Part shown: positions 9,785 through 17,812 of the stretch, piece after piece
How positions within the stretch are numbered: the stretch's first letter is position 1
How the letters are laid out: each line of letters opens with the position of its first letter
Assembly: GCA_049515535.1 (NCBI GenBank)
Contig: JBEKTZ010000011.1
Span: 62,001-126,000 of the forward strand
From: Candidatus Aminicenantales bacterium
GTDB lineage: Bacteria > Acidobacteriota > Aminicenantia > Aminicenantales > UBA4085
Length of the DNA stretch: 64,000 nt
Reading direction: 5' to 3'
Position numbers and translations under genes: made by a program
Notes under the pieces: model-generated
Told to the model about the DNA's origin: nothing
The model's database searches: none
Seen by the model: only the letters and a program-made list of their open reading frames with translations

Positions 9785-10078
9785 ATGGCTAAAAAAACCA
9801 TGTCGAGGCGCGAGCTCATCAAGCTCGCCGGGACGGTGTCGGCGTTCGGCGCGGTCTTGGGTTTTAGTCCCAGAAAAGGGCACGCGGGGGGGCGATCGAC
9901 CATCGACTTTGCGAAAGTCGAGATCAAATTCTACAAAGAACAGAGCCTGTTCTATGATCTTAGCTTCCCCGAAGAGGACTGGAGTTTTTTTGGGAAGGGA
10001 GGATCCCGGATCAATGCCAAGATCTTCCGGGGCACCAAGCAAATCGGCACGACCTGGTCGTGGACCCCGGAGCGTTGA
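9785..10078 (+). CDS. Small Tat-signal protein of unknown function
   Basis: MSRRELIKLAG twin-arginine signal; GGAGG SD; TTGACA-17-TACTTT promoter at 9736-9764. Confidence 0.7.
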   Translation: MAKKTMSRRELIKLAGTVSAFGAVLGFSPRKGHAGGRSTIDFAKVEIKFYKEQSLFYDLSFPEEDWSFFGKGGSRINAKIFRGTKQIGTTWSWTPER

Positions 10079-10097
10079 GCGGCCGTTCCTAAATCCC

Positions 10098-10240
10098 GTC
10101 AAGGGACGAGCCTTCGCGGCGGAAGCAGACCCCCGGGCTAAGCCCAGAGCCCCGTCCGCCGCACTCGCTCGTGGCTTATATCGACGGGCGAGTACGGCGG
10201 AAACTGACCCCCGGGCAAAACCCGGGGCCCCGGCCGCCGT
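10098..10240. repeat. GC-rich modular palindromic repeat family R, copy 1
   Basis: caagggacgagcc + two cggcggaa..gacccccggg-loop-cccggggcccc..ccgccg modules + actcgcYcgtggcttatatcNacgggcgagt hairpin. Confidence 0.85.
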
Positions 10241-10261
10241 TGGGGTAGCGGCGGGACGTGT

Positions 10262-10978
10262 TTGATAAATAAAAGACCGCGATTCCATTTCAATCTTCTC
10301 CGGGACACAGGGTTTTCGTTCGTCTGCGGGATCTGCTCGAAATGCTGCCACGGGAAGGCCATTCGCGTCGGCCCCTATGAGATCGTCCGGATCGCCCGCC
10401 GCCTCGGCCTGACGACGGGCCGGTTTCTTTCGAGATACACCGAACAGGGCGGCACCATCCTCCGCCTCAAGTCCGGCGGCGCCTGCGTCTTTCTCGGACC
10501 CCAGGGCTGCCGGATCCATTCCGACCGCCCTTATGTCTGCCGTCTGTATCCCCTCGCAAGGAAGGTCGACGTGAAAGGCCGGGAAAAATTCGCCCGAATT
10601 CCGCTCGAGCCGGAATGCCGAGGCCGCCTAGGACGGAACGGGACGGTCGATTCTTTCCTCGCGGGACAGGATGTCCTTCCTTTTTGGCGATTCAATAACC
10701 GTTACGAAATCATCACGAAAAAGATGATCCGAATCCTCGGTCGAATCGCAGCGAAATCGAAGCGGCTGGGACAAGGCGGAAAGGTCGGGCCGCAAAAGGC
10801 ATCCAACCTATCCAAGCCGCTCAAGCTGCCTCCCCTCTTGTCTCCTTGGTTCGATGTCGATGCCTCGGTCGCGGAGTACTGCCGGAAACGCAGGCGAAAG
10901 GTCCCGGACGATATCGAGAAGGAGCTGGCACTTCACATCGAAGCCATGAATGCCTGGCTCAAAGAGCTCGGCGCCTAG
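10262..10978 (+). CDS. YkgJ family cysteine-cluster (CxxCxxCC) Fe-S/Zn protein
   Basis: FVCGICSKCC, CVFL, CRIHSDRPYVCRLYP. Confidence 0.85.
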   Translation: MINKRPRFHFNLLRDTGFSFVCGICSKCCHGKAIRVGPYEIVRIARRLGLTTGRFLSRYTEQGGTILRLKSGGACVFLGPQGCRIHSDRPYVCRLYPLARKVDVKGREKFARIPLEPECRGRLGRNGTVDSFLAGQDVLPFWRFNNRYEIITKKMIRILGRIAAKSKRLGQGGKVGPQKASNLSKPLKLPPLLSPWFDVDASVAEYCRKRRRKVPDDIEKELALHIEAMNAWLKELGA

Positions 10979-11038
10979 AGATCCCCGAATTCAAGATATC
11001 CAAAGGCGAATCGGAGGACGGCCCGGCTGATGGGCCAT

Positions 11039-11359
11039 TTATTCGCCGTACATCTCGGTTATGATCCGCCGGAGCGCGGCGGCTTCATCCTCGGTAAGAG
11101 AGCCGATCTTGGAACTCAGCCGGGACTTGCTGATCGTGCGGATTTGGTCCACTGCGATCTCGGCCTCCCGGCCGCCATACGGCACTTGCAGCCGCGAACG
11201 CCAGGTTGAATGAATTTGGGTGCTCAGCGGGCAGATCGTAATGGTTTGTAGAAGCTCATTAAGGGCGTCCAGGCTTACGATGACGACCGGCCTCTTTTTA
11301 GCCATCTCCGCCCCTTGGGTCGGTTCTAAGTTGGCCCAGCGAATCTCGTACCGTTTCAT
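11039..11359 (-). CDS. mazF: PemK/MazF family endoribonuclease toxin
   Basis: WANLEPTQGAEMAKKRPVVIVS, DQIRTISKSRL; start overlaps the antitoxin stop. Confidence 0.9.
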   Translation of the reverse strand: MKRYEIRWANLEPTQGAEMAKKRPVVIVSLDALNELLQTITICPLSTQIHSTWRSRLQVPYGGREAEIAVDQIRTISKSRLSSKIGSLTEDEAAALRRIITEMYGE

Positions 11360-11691
11360 TTCTTTCCGGCCGGACGCCGATGGAAATCGTATCGTGATTT
11401 TCGTTCGGCGACTCGGGGCGTTTTGGCGGCATCCCACGGGATGCTTTCCAATCCGTCTGTGCCCGCGGCGTCCCATTCGATCCAGTTTTCCCCGGCGGCT
11501 GCCATTTCCCGGGCCGTCGCTTCCCAAGAGAGCTTTTCTATGCAGGGCCCGGCCGGACGCAGCATGATGCCCTCGCTCCTCTCTTCCATAATGACCGCCC
11601 CTCCGATCCGATATCGGCGCAAAGTGGCGGCGGGAACTCGGACCCCTCGGGAGTTGCCTATGCGTACGACCTTGAGTTCAATTATCTTCAC
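11356..11691 (-). CDS. mazE: AbrB/MazE antitoxin
   Basis: KVVRIGNSRGVRVP motif; GTG start at 11691. Confidence 0.85.
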   Translation of the reverse strand: MKIIELKVVRIGNSRGVRVPAATLRRYRIGGAVIMEERSEGIMLRPAGPCIEKLSWEATAREMAAAGENWIEWDAAGTDGLESIPWDAAKTPRVAERKSRYDFHRRPAGKK

Positions 11692-11726
11692 GTAACTACT
11701 GTAATTACTTTTCAATTAAACGTCAA
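11692..11726 (-). promoter_or_regulatory. Sigma70-type promoter with palindromic operators, mazEF
   Basis: TTGACG-17-TACAGT; GTAATTAC and GTAGTTAC repeats overlap or flank the -10. Confidence 0.65.
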
Positions 11727-11822
11727 GTAAAGAAAAGAATTCAAGACATAAATATGAAAAATTTGTGATACATTGTCCGGGTCCCGCTGATCACGCGCCC
11801 GACGGGCCTGCCGAAGACCCGG

Positions 11823-11888
11823 GTCAAGGGACGAGCCTTCGCGGCGGAAATGGACCCCCGGGTAAAGCCCGGGGCCCCGGCCGCCGTG
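11823..11888. repeat. Palindromic repeat family R, copy 2
   Basis: gtcaagggacgagccttcgcggcggaa..gacccccgggtaaagcccggggccccggccgccgt. Confidence 0.85.
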
Positions 11889-11930
11889 GAAGCGCTGAGG
11901 AAGCGCCGGGATAGCTAGCGAAGACCGCCG

Positions 11931-12896
11931 ATGCCGAAGCCCTTTTCTCCGCGCGAGGTCCTGTTCGCGTCCACGACGGACTGCAACCTGAATTGCGCCC
12001 ATTGCTCGGTCGAGCGGGGAAAGGCCCGACTGCCGATACCGGCGGCGGTGAAGTTCCTGCGGTCCTGCCGAAAGGCCGGCGTCGAAAGGGTCGGGTTCAC
12101 CGGCGGCGAGCCGTTCCTGGACACGGAGTTCCTCTTCGCGCTGACCGAACGCGCCGTCGCGAACGGGCTCCTGTTCGGAATGATCACCACGAACGCGCGC
12201 TGGTTCAAGAGCCCCGCGCACTTGCGGCGGACCCTGAAGGAATTGTACGACCGCGGCTATGACGGGTCCTTCGGCGTCAGCGTGGACGCGTTTCACGGGA
12301 AGGACCCCGCAAAGCCCGCCCTGTTCATCGAGATAACCTCAGAGATCTGGAACCGGCCGGATATCGCCCGTGTCATCGCCGTGAGGGGGGCCCGGGATGA
12401 GGAAACGGAAGCGATCCTGGGCGGCCTGGCCAAAGCCCTGAAGGCGAAGCTCGTCCACGTCGGTGGGCAGCGGGTCATCAGGAACGAGTCCCTGTTCGTG
12501 CCCGTAACGATGATCGATCTTGCCCCCGTCGGCAAGGCGGAGCCCCTCCTCGACCCATGGGGCAAGGACTGGTTCAAGGAGGACTTCTGCCGGGGACCGG
12601 GCCATGTCTTCTATGTCCTGCCCGACGGCAGCGTCAAGCCCTGCTGCGGCTACGCCACGGACTCCGAACGATTGACCGTCGGCAACATCCACAAGGATAC
12701 GGCCTCGAAGATGCTCGAGAACGCCTCCCGGAATCCGTTCGTGTCCGCGGTCTTCGAAGCCGGACTGTCCCGCGTCCGCGCGCGGCTGACGAAACACGGC
12801 GTCGTCTTCCCGGGCGCGACGACCAACCAGTGCTATTTTTGCCATCATGTGTTGGCCAGGGTTCCCCGAAAGACCCTGGATGGGTGCCTGTCCTAG
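11931..12896 (+). CDS. Radical SAM protein with SPASM/twitch domain
   Basis: CNLNCAHC (CxxxCxxC), FTGGEPFL, TTNA; C-terminal C..G...PDGSVKPCC...VGNI...CYFC. Confidence 0.9.
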   Translation: MPKPFSPREVLFASTTDCNLNCAHCSVERGKARLPIPAAVKFLRSCRKAGVERVGFTGGEPFLDTEFLFALTERAVANGLLFGMITTNARWFKSPAHLRRTLKELYDRGYDGSFGVSVDAFHGKDPAKPALFIEITSEIWNRPDIARVIAVRGARDEETEAILGGLAKALKAKLVHVGGQRVIRNESLFVPVTMIDLAPVGKAEPLLDPWGKDWFKEDFCRGPGHVFYVLPDGSVKPCCGYATDSERLTVGNIHKDTASKMLENASRNPFVSAVFEAGLSRVRARLTKHGVVFPGATTNQCYFCHHVLARVPRKTLDGCLS

Positions 12897-12998
12897 CCCA
12901 GTCCTCCGCTTATGAACGTCAAGTATTATTCCCGTTCGCATAATGATTGTCCTCGATGATCCGGCCCGTCGGCCTCTTTCGTGGCAAATTTCTTGTTC

Positions 12999-13109
12999 TT
13001 GACTTGATTTGCGTCCGGGATTATCCTCTTTTCGTGATGGGGAGCGGCGATTCCACGCTTAATGGGAGCGTAAGTCGTGCAGAGCGAAAAAGCAAATCCT
13101 TATACTCCC
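12999..13109 (+). ncRNA. Promoter + candidate structured leader RNA L, diverged copy
   Basis: TTGACT-17-TATCCT then ttcgtgatggggagcggcgattccacgcttaatgggag..agtcgtgc..cgaa..tccttat; homologous to 29031-29150 and 30205-30325. Confidence 0.55.
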
Positions 13110-13141
13110 AAGCGACATTCGGGATTATCGAGGGAAAGACC

Positions 13142-13405
13142 ATGAGAACGGAAGGCTTAAGCGCGCTGATGATGATTTGGAAGGAAGAAAAGATCGGGCG
13201 GCGGACGTTCCGGAATATCCGCAGGTCCCTGCGGCTCCGGCCGCGGCTCGAGCGTGTGGATATCGGCCCCGGCCGCGCCAAATGGATCCGGACCCGTCTC
13301 GCGCAGATCGCGCGCCGCCTCGAACGGCTGGAAGGCCGCCGACAGGACGTCCTGTGGTATTTCAAGAACAAGTGGCTCGAGGAGCGCGGCGACCTCTTCG
13401 AATAA
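13142..13405 (+). CDS. Small basic hypothetical protein
   Basis: ATG with GAGGG SD downstream of leader L; 87 aa, Arg-rich, helical. Confidence 0.55.
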   Translation: MRTEGLSALMMIWKEEKIGRRTFRNIRRSLRLRPRLERVDIGPGRAKWIRTRLAQIARRLERLEGRRQDVLWYFKNKWLEERGDLFE

Positions 13406-13473
13406 TCCCCCCTAGGCGTCGGGCCAAATCAACTCCGCGATATCCATAGAGATATCCGTCAAATTCTCCCAAT

Positions 13474-13499
13474 AAAACGGTTTGAAGACCGTTTTTTTT
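13474..13499. terminator. Intrinsic terminator between convergent genes
   Basis: aaaacggt-ttgaag-accgtttt stem followed by a T-run. Confidence 0.65.
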
Positions 13500-13552
13500 A
13501 CGCCCCAAAAAGATCGCGATCCCAAAGCCAAACGGATGTCCGGCCGGATCGA

Positions 13553-13972
13553 CTAGGAAATCAGCTCGGCCTGGACGGCGATTTCGGGACCGGCCAAGGC
13601 CTTGGAAACCGGACAATTCTTCTTGGAGAATTCGATCAGCTCCAGGAATTTGGCCCGGTCGATCCCCGGCGCCTCGACCGTGGTCAGGAGCTCGATCTTG
13701 GTGATGGTCGGGCCGTCCCCGAGATGGACGTGGGCGACGGTATGAATTCTTTTGGGCGGGAACTTCTCCTTGGTCAACTGGGCCGCGAGGAACATGGAAA
13801 AGCACCCCGCTTCGGCCGCACCGACCAATTCCTCGGGGTTCGTGCCTTTGTTTTCCTCAAAACGGGAGCCGAACGTGAACGGCCCCTCGAAATATCCGCT
13901 GCCCACCTTCATGGTCCCCGCGCCCTCGCGCAGGGTCCCGGTCCAAACCGCTTCCGCTTTTCGAACGGGCAT
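13553..13972 (-). CDS. osmC: OsmC family peroxiredoxin
   Basis: AVWTGTLREGAG, GTNPEEL, AGCFSM, NCPVSKAL. Confidence 0.92.
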   Translation of the reverse strand: MPVRKAEAVWTGTLREGAGTMKVGSGYFEGPFTFGSRFEENKGTNPEELVGAAEAGCFSMFLAAQLTKEKFPPKRIHTVAHVHLGDGPTITKIELLTTVEAPGIDRAKFLELIEFSKKNCPVSKALAGPEIAVQAELIS

Positions 13973-14072
13973 GATCCCTCCTTCCGTTGTCGAGATTAAT
14001 CGTCGGACCGATTATAGGGGCCGAAAAAGTCCCGGTCAAGAATAAATGGACGCGATGGTCACCACCAAGTCC

Positions 14073-14153
14073 TTAATTTCGGTGACAGTCAACGCATTAC
14101 CGAAATTCGATCACGTTGAATTCGGGGGTTGAGTTATCTGTCTCCGAAATTAA
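14073..14153. repeat. Hairpin repeat family H, copy B (left edge of defence island)
   Basis: ttaatttcggtgacagtcaac...ggttgagttatctgtctccgaaattaa imperfect inverted repeat. Confidence 0.85.
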
Positions 14154-14212
14154 TGGATGGAAGTCATCGGCAACCGGACTAAATAAGCCCTTCCTTCTGA
14201 ATCCTAATACGC

Positions 14213-16993
14213 CTATTCGATTTTCATTTTGTTTGCCAGTTCCAAATCCTCCAATATCTGCTTCAATTCGGCCGCGAGTCTTTGGGCAATTCCAGCATCC
14301 ACGGTTACCGAAAAATCGACGCCAATCCTCAGCTCCGTGCCACTCCGGAGTTTCGGTAGGATCCTCGTACCCAACCTATTCCAAATCTCTGGAGGAACCT
14401 CGCCGGTAATCCTAATGGTCTTTATTTTCCCAGCCGGCGCAGTTCCCAATCCTGGCTCAGGGCTCAGCGGCGGAATCGGCACGGGCGTAGGCCCTAGCCC
14501 AGGCGCAATCCCCTTCCCGACATCCAAACCGCCGCCCGGCAACGACTCCATACCAGTTCTCAATGCTTTTGCTTTAGCCTTAAGAAGAAGAAACACCCCC
14601 GGCTCAAACGCGACCTCATCCTGAGCCAACAGTTCCTCGAACCAAATTCGCTCGTATCCACCATCCGTCTTCCGGCCTGAGCCGAGCCCAAACTCCCCCT
14701 TCACCACGAATTCGCCTATCTTGCCGCGCAATACGGCGTCGGGATCAATCAGCCTTGTTAACGACCCGTTTAAGAAGCTCTGTCTCAGGCTGGCCAACGG
14801 CCATGCGCCTTCTTTTTTCAGTGCCGGCGGCCAATTCCTCTCGATATACCCCGCTCCCACCGATTCATTCAACAAAGCGTATGATTTCAGGGCCGTTATC
14901 ACCCGACCGCATAGCGTCTCGCCGCTGCTCGAATGACCCGCTCCCAGGTCTATTGTCTTAAGCCCATCCGGTTCCTGATTGTCCGCAATAACTACATAAC
15001 GATATCCGCCCCAGACTTCATCCCTAACGGCCGCCTCCGCATCAGCCACCTTCGCTTGGAGCTCGGCCCGGTCGGTCTTGTCAAAGTCGCCCCCCAGCGT
15101 CCCTTCCGCGACTTCTTTGGCCACCCGCTTCCAAGCCAACCACAATTCCACTTTATCGCGGAGATCACGGCCGGGCTTTTTCAAACACCAGATGAGCGAT
15201 CCCGGATAAAGCCTCGGCGACTTACCCCGCTGCTTTGTCCATTCCGAAATCTGTTGGCGCAGCGTTTCGCTTCCCGTCCATTCGCAGTCAGGCTCGGCAA
15301 CGACGAGTGTGAGCTTCGGTGTGTCTTGGACTTCCACCCCATCTGCCGGCAAAGATACCATAGGAATGCTTCGGCCCCGTTCAAACTCTTTCTGGATGAA
15401 AGTCCTTATAGTAGGCCTGATCTCGGAATCTTCATCGAGAGAAGCCTTCCGGTCGTTAACGACCTTTTTCATCGTCGGCTGGTGGCTGATCTTGAAGCCG
15501 TCAGAACCGACGCGCCTGACAAAGTAGGATTTATCCTCCAGTGTAAAGGCGGCATTATCAACGGACGTCGTGTCGATCTCCGGTTCTCCCAAGGCAAACC
15601 GCAACTCCGGCAGGTGGGCCACTTTGTCGATCTGTCCCCCGGAGCTTTCGAATAGTATCGTAGCTCCAACCCGACGATGGATTTCCTTGAGTGCACCTTT
15701 GGTATCGGCATCCAAAGCTTTTGCATGCGAGTGAGTGCCTGATAGATCAGAGTCAATGGCGGCAACGAGCCGTGATTCACCGAGCTGTCCCAACACGATG
15801 CTACGGAAATCCGAGACTTCCAGCGGCGCAGACCCGAGCGTGATTAACGGCTCCCTGCGCGCTTCCGTAAAACCAGTTCGATAAGCCCAGGAAATCCATT
15901 GGGCGAGCATGGCCAAGGTCCCCCGCGTCTGTTGATACTGAGTAAGGGCCTGCCATTTTCTCTGGAAGACAGATAGAGTTGCCGGATGGAACGGGTAGCA
16001 GATTTCAAAACGGCATCTGAGGTATTCTCTGGCCTTAGCCTCGGTCGCGGCGCTGTCCACGGCTGTCCATTCCGCCGGCAACTGGGCCCGGCGTTCGAAA
16101 CACCAGTCCGCATATTCTTTAGAGACGTTCTTACGGATACGATCGCTTCCGATATCCTCGAACAGGCGGCGCCGGACGACCTCACTGATTTCAGTCTCGT
16201 CATTGGCGATGAGATCCTTGGCCACCCGGCGGACGACCTTCGTGATCTTGTCTTGCCACTGGATGTCCCAATCGGTCATCTCAACCTGACTGCGGGGCAA
16301 GCTAATGACTGCCACGCCTTGCGTAGTGCCGGTAGTAGCCACGGTCAGATTCTGGATAAAGGCATAAAATTGATCAGCCATTCCGCGATGGCGATTCAGG
16401 AAGTTGAGCACCTCGTCAAAAAGTAGGAGCACCGGCCCGCCTGCTGCCTTAAACACACGGGCGAGGGCCTCGGTTCCCGGTGGTGTGGTCTTGGCCGCCG
16501 CGCCCAGTTCTTTCACTCCATTGTCTCCGGCCAATTGCCGGGCGACATCAATCCATGGCGTCTCCCGTCCCTCCCGCGGGTCCCAGGCATTGCCAACAAA
16601 AGCGGCGACTTTTGCTGAGGGCACGGCCTTGATGCCGGCCTCCAAGATCAAGTCCGCTACCCCGGAGTACTCTGCCGCTTTCTTCCCATTTGTAACCAGG
16701 TGATAAAGCGCCGTGAGCGTGTGGGTCTTTCCGCCGCCGAATTGGGTGATAAGCGTCATCACCGGCGCGGTATTCGCGGTCTCGCCAGAGAGCCGCCGAA
16801 GCACCATCCCCGCGTGCTCGCGCAACGCCCGCGTGAAGCAGGTCCGCGCGAAGAACTTCTTGGGTTCTCGGTAATCCTCCGGCGCGGTCCTGGCAATGAC
16901 TTGTTCCAAGTGGATCGCAAATTCGTCCGGATTGAACGATCGCCCTTCGCGGACTTCCTTGCGTGGTGTAGTTATTTTGTACCAAGGTTCCAT
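14213..16993 (-). CDS. DUF499 family AAA+ ATPase (BREX-related/restriction-like system)
   Basis: N-terminal PWY..TPRKEV..EFA; Walker A QFGGGKTH; Walker B LLLFDE; CYPFHP. Confidence 0.9.
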   Translation of the reverse strand: MEPWYKITTPRKEVREGRSFNPDEFAIHLEQVIARTAPEDYREPKKFFARTCFTRALREHAGMVLRRLSGETANTAPVMTLITQFGGGKTHTLTALYHLVTNGKKAAEYSGVADLILEAGIKAVPSAKVAAFVGNAWDPREGRETPWIDVARQLAGDNGVKELGAAAKTTPPGTEALARVFKAAGGPVLLLFDEVLNFLNRHRGMADQFYAFIQNLTVATTGTTQGVAVISLPRSQVEMTDWDIQWQDKITKVVRRVAKDLIANDETEISEVVRRRLFEDIGSDRIRKNVSKEYADWCFERRAQLPAEWTAVDSAATEAKAREYLRCRFEICYPFHPATLSVFQRKWQALTQYQQTRGTLAMLAQWISWAYRTGFTEARREPLITLGSAPLEVSDFRSIVLGQLGESRLVAAIDSDLSGTHSHAKALDADTKGALKEIHRRVGATILFESSGGQIDKVAHLPELRFALGEPEIDTTSVDNAAFTLEDKSYFVRRVGSDGFKISHQPTMKKVVNDRKASLDEDSEIRPTIRTFIQKEFERGRSIPMVSLPADGVEVQDTPKLTLVVAEPDCEWTGSETLRQQISEWTKQRGKSPRLYPGSLIWCLKKPGRDLRDKVELWLAWKRVAKEVAEGTLGGDFDKTDRAELQAKVADAEAAVRDEVWGGYRYVVIADNQEPDGLKTIDLGAGHSSSGETLCGRVITALKSYALLNESVGAGYIERNWPPALKKEGAWPLASLRQSFLNGSLTRLIDPDAVLRGKIGEFVVKGEFGLGSGRKTDGGYERIWFEELLAQDEVAFEPGVFLLLKAKAKALRTGMESLPGGGLDVGKGIAPGLGPTPVPIPPLSPEPGLGTAPAGKIKTIRITGEVPPEIWNRLGTRILPKLRSGTELRIGVDFSVTVDAGIAQRLAAELKQILEDLELANKMKIE

Positions 16994-17014
16994 TGTAAAT
17001 ACTCCACCTTCAGT

Positions 17015-17812
17015 TTAGGAAAGCATTTTTTCCATAGAATTTACAAGATTTCTTAGCCATTTGATGTCACTTTGAACCCCATCGATATCAATTGGGTTAA
17101 CAATTATCTTTCCGCTATTACGAACTCGGCGTATATCTCCTTCATGAGCAATCTCATTCCTTCGTTTTATAATCCGGTTCAGATGTTCTTTAACCTCCTC
17201 TGCCCTCTCATTCATATTCTTTCCGCATCTGCTCCACAGACTCTTTATCCCAACCATGCTCCAAGCTGCGGCGATATCCTCCGGGCGCTGAAGCGTTAGG
17301 TCTTTGTGAAACTTTTCCTGTAAGCCCTGCTTCACAATATGCATAGGTCTCGTCCGCACCCTCCCCCCTATTCCTTTTCGGAGTTTAGCGTTTTTCACGG
17401 CACGCTTAACGAACGATAGCGGCAATGAAACCTTCTTGAGTTCCGAGGGCCATTTTTTATCCGAGCGGCCCATTTTTTTAATAACCCGAGCCAGGAGCTC
17501 GTCGTGACAATAGCGATCGAGCGCTGACACCGAACTTACTATTGCGGCTCGTAAAAGCTCTGAGAGTTCATCTTGACGAAATTCATTTAGCGAAACTGGA
17601 GATTTCGCACGGAGAATAAGTAAAGCATGGTTTCCATCGATTCTCTGTATTTTTTCCGTGCTGGGCCAGCGCATTAAATTCTTAAATTTAACTGCCCAAT
17701 CTTGACGAGTGCCTCGTTGGCGCCTATTGTAAAGCAGGTCATATAGATTAAGAAGTCGATCCACTCTTTGCATTGTTACATCAAAAACTGCTTTAGGTTT
17801 CATATGCGTCAC
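17015..17812 (-). CDS. HEPN-domain putative RNase effector
   Basis: LLRAAIVSSVSALDRYCH N-terminal helix and RRNEIAH (Rx4H) motif; lower GC. Confidence 0.75.
   Translation of the reverse strand: MTHMKPKAVFDVTMQRVDRLLNLYDLLYNRRQRGTRQDWAVKFKNLMRWPSTEKIQRIDGNHALLILRAKSPVSLNEFRQDELSELLRAAIVSSVSALDRYCHDELLARVIKKMGRSDKKWPSELKKVSLPLSFVKRAVKNAKLRKGIGGRVRTRPMHIVKQGLQEKFHKDLTLQRPEDIAAAWSMVGIKSLWSRCGKNMNERAEEVKEHLNRIIKRRNEIAHEGDIRRVRNSGKIIVNPIDIDGVQSDIKWLRNLVNSMEKMLS

Noticed and set aside
10098..10240. Repeats as a possible CRISPR array
   Set aside because: No regular repeat-spacer periodicity and no cas genes.
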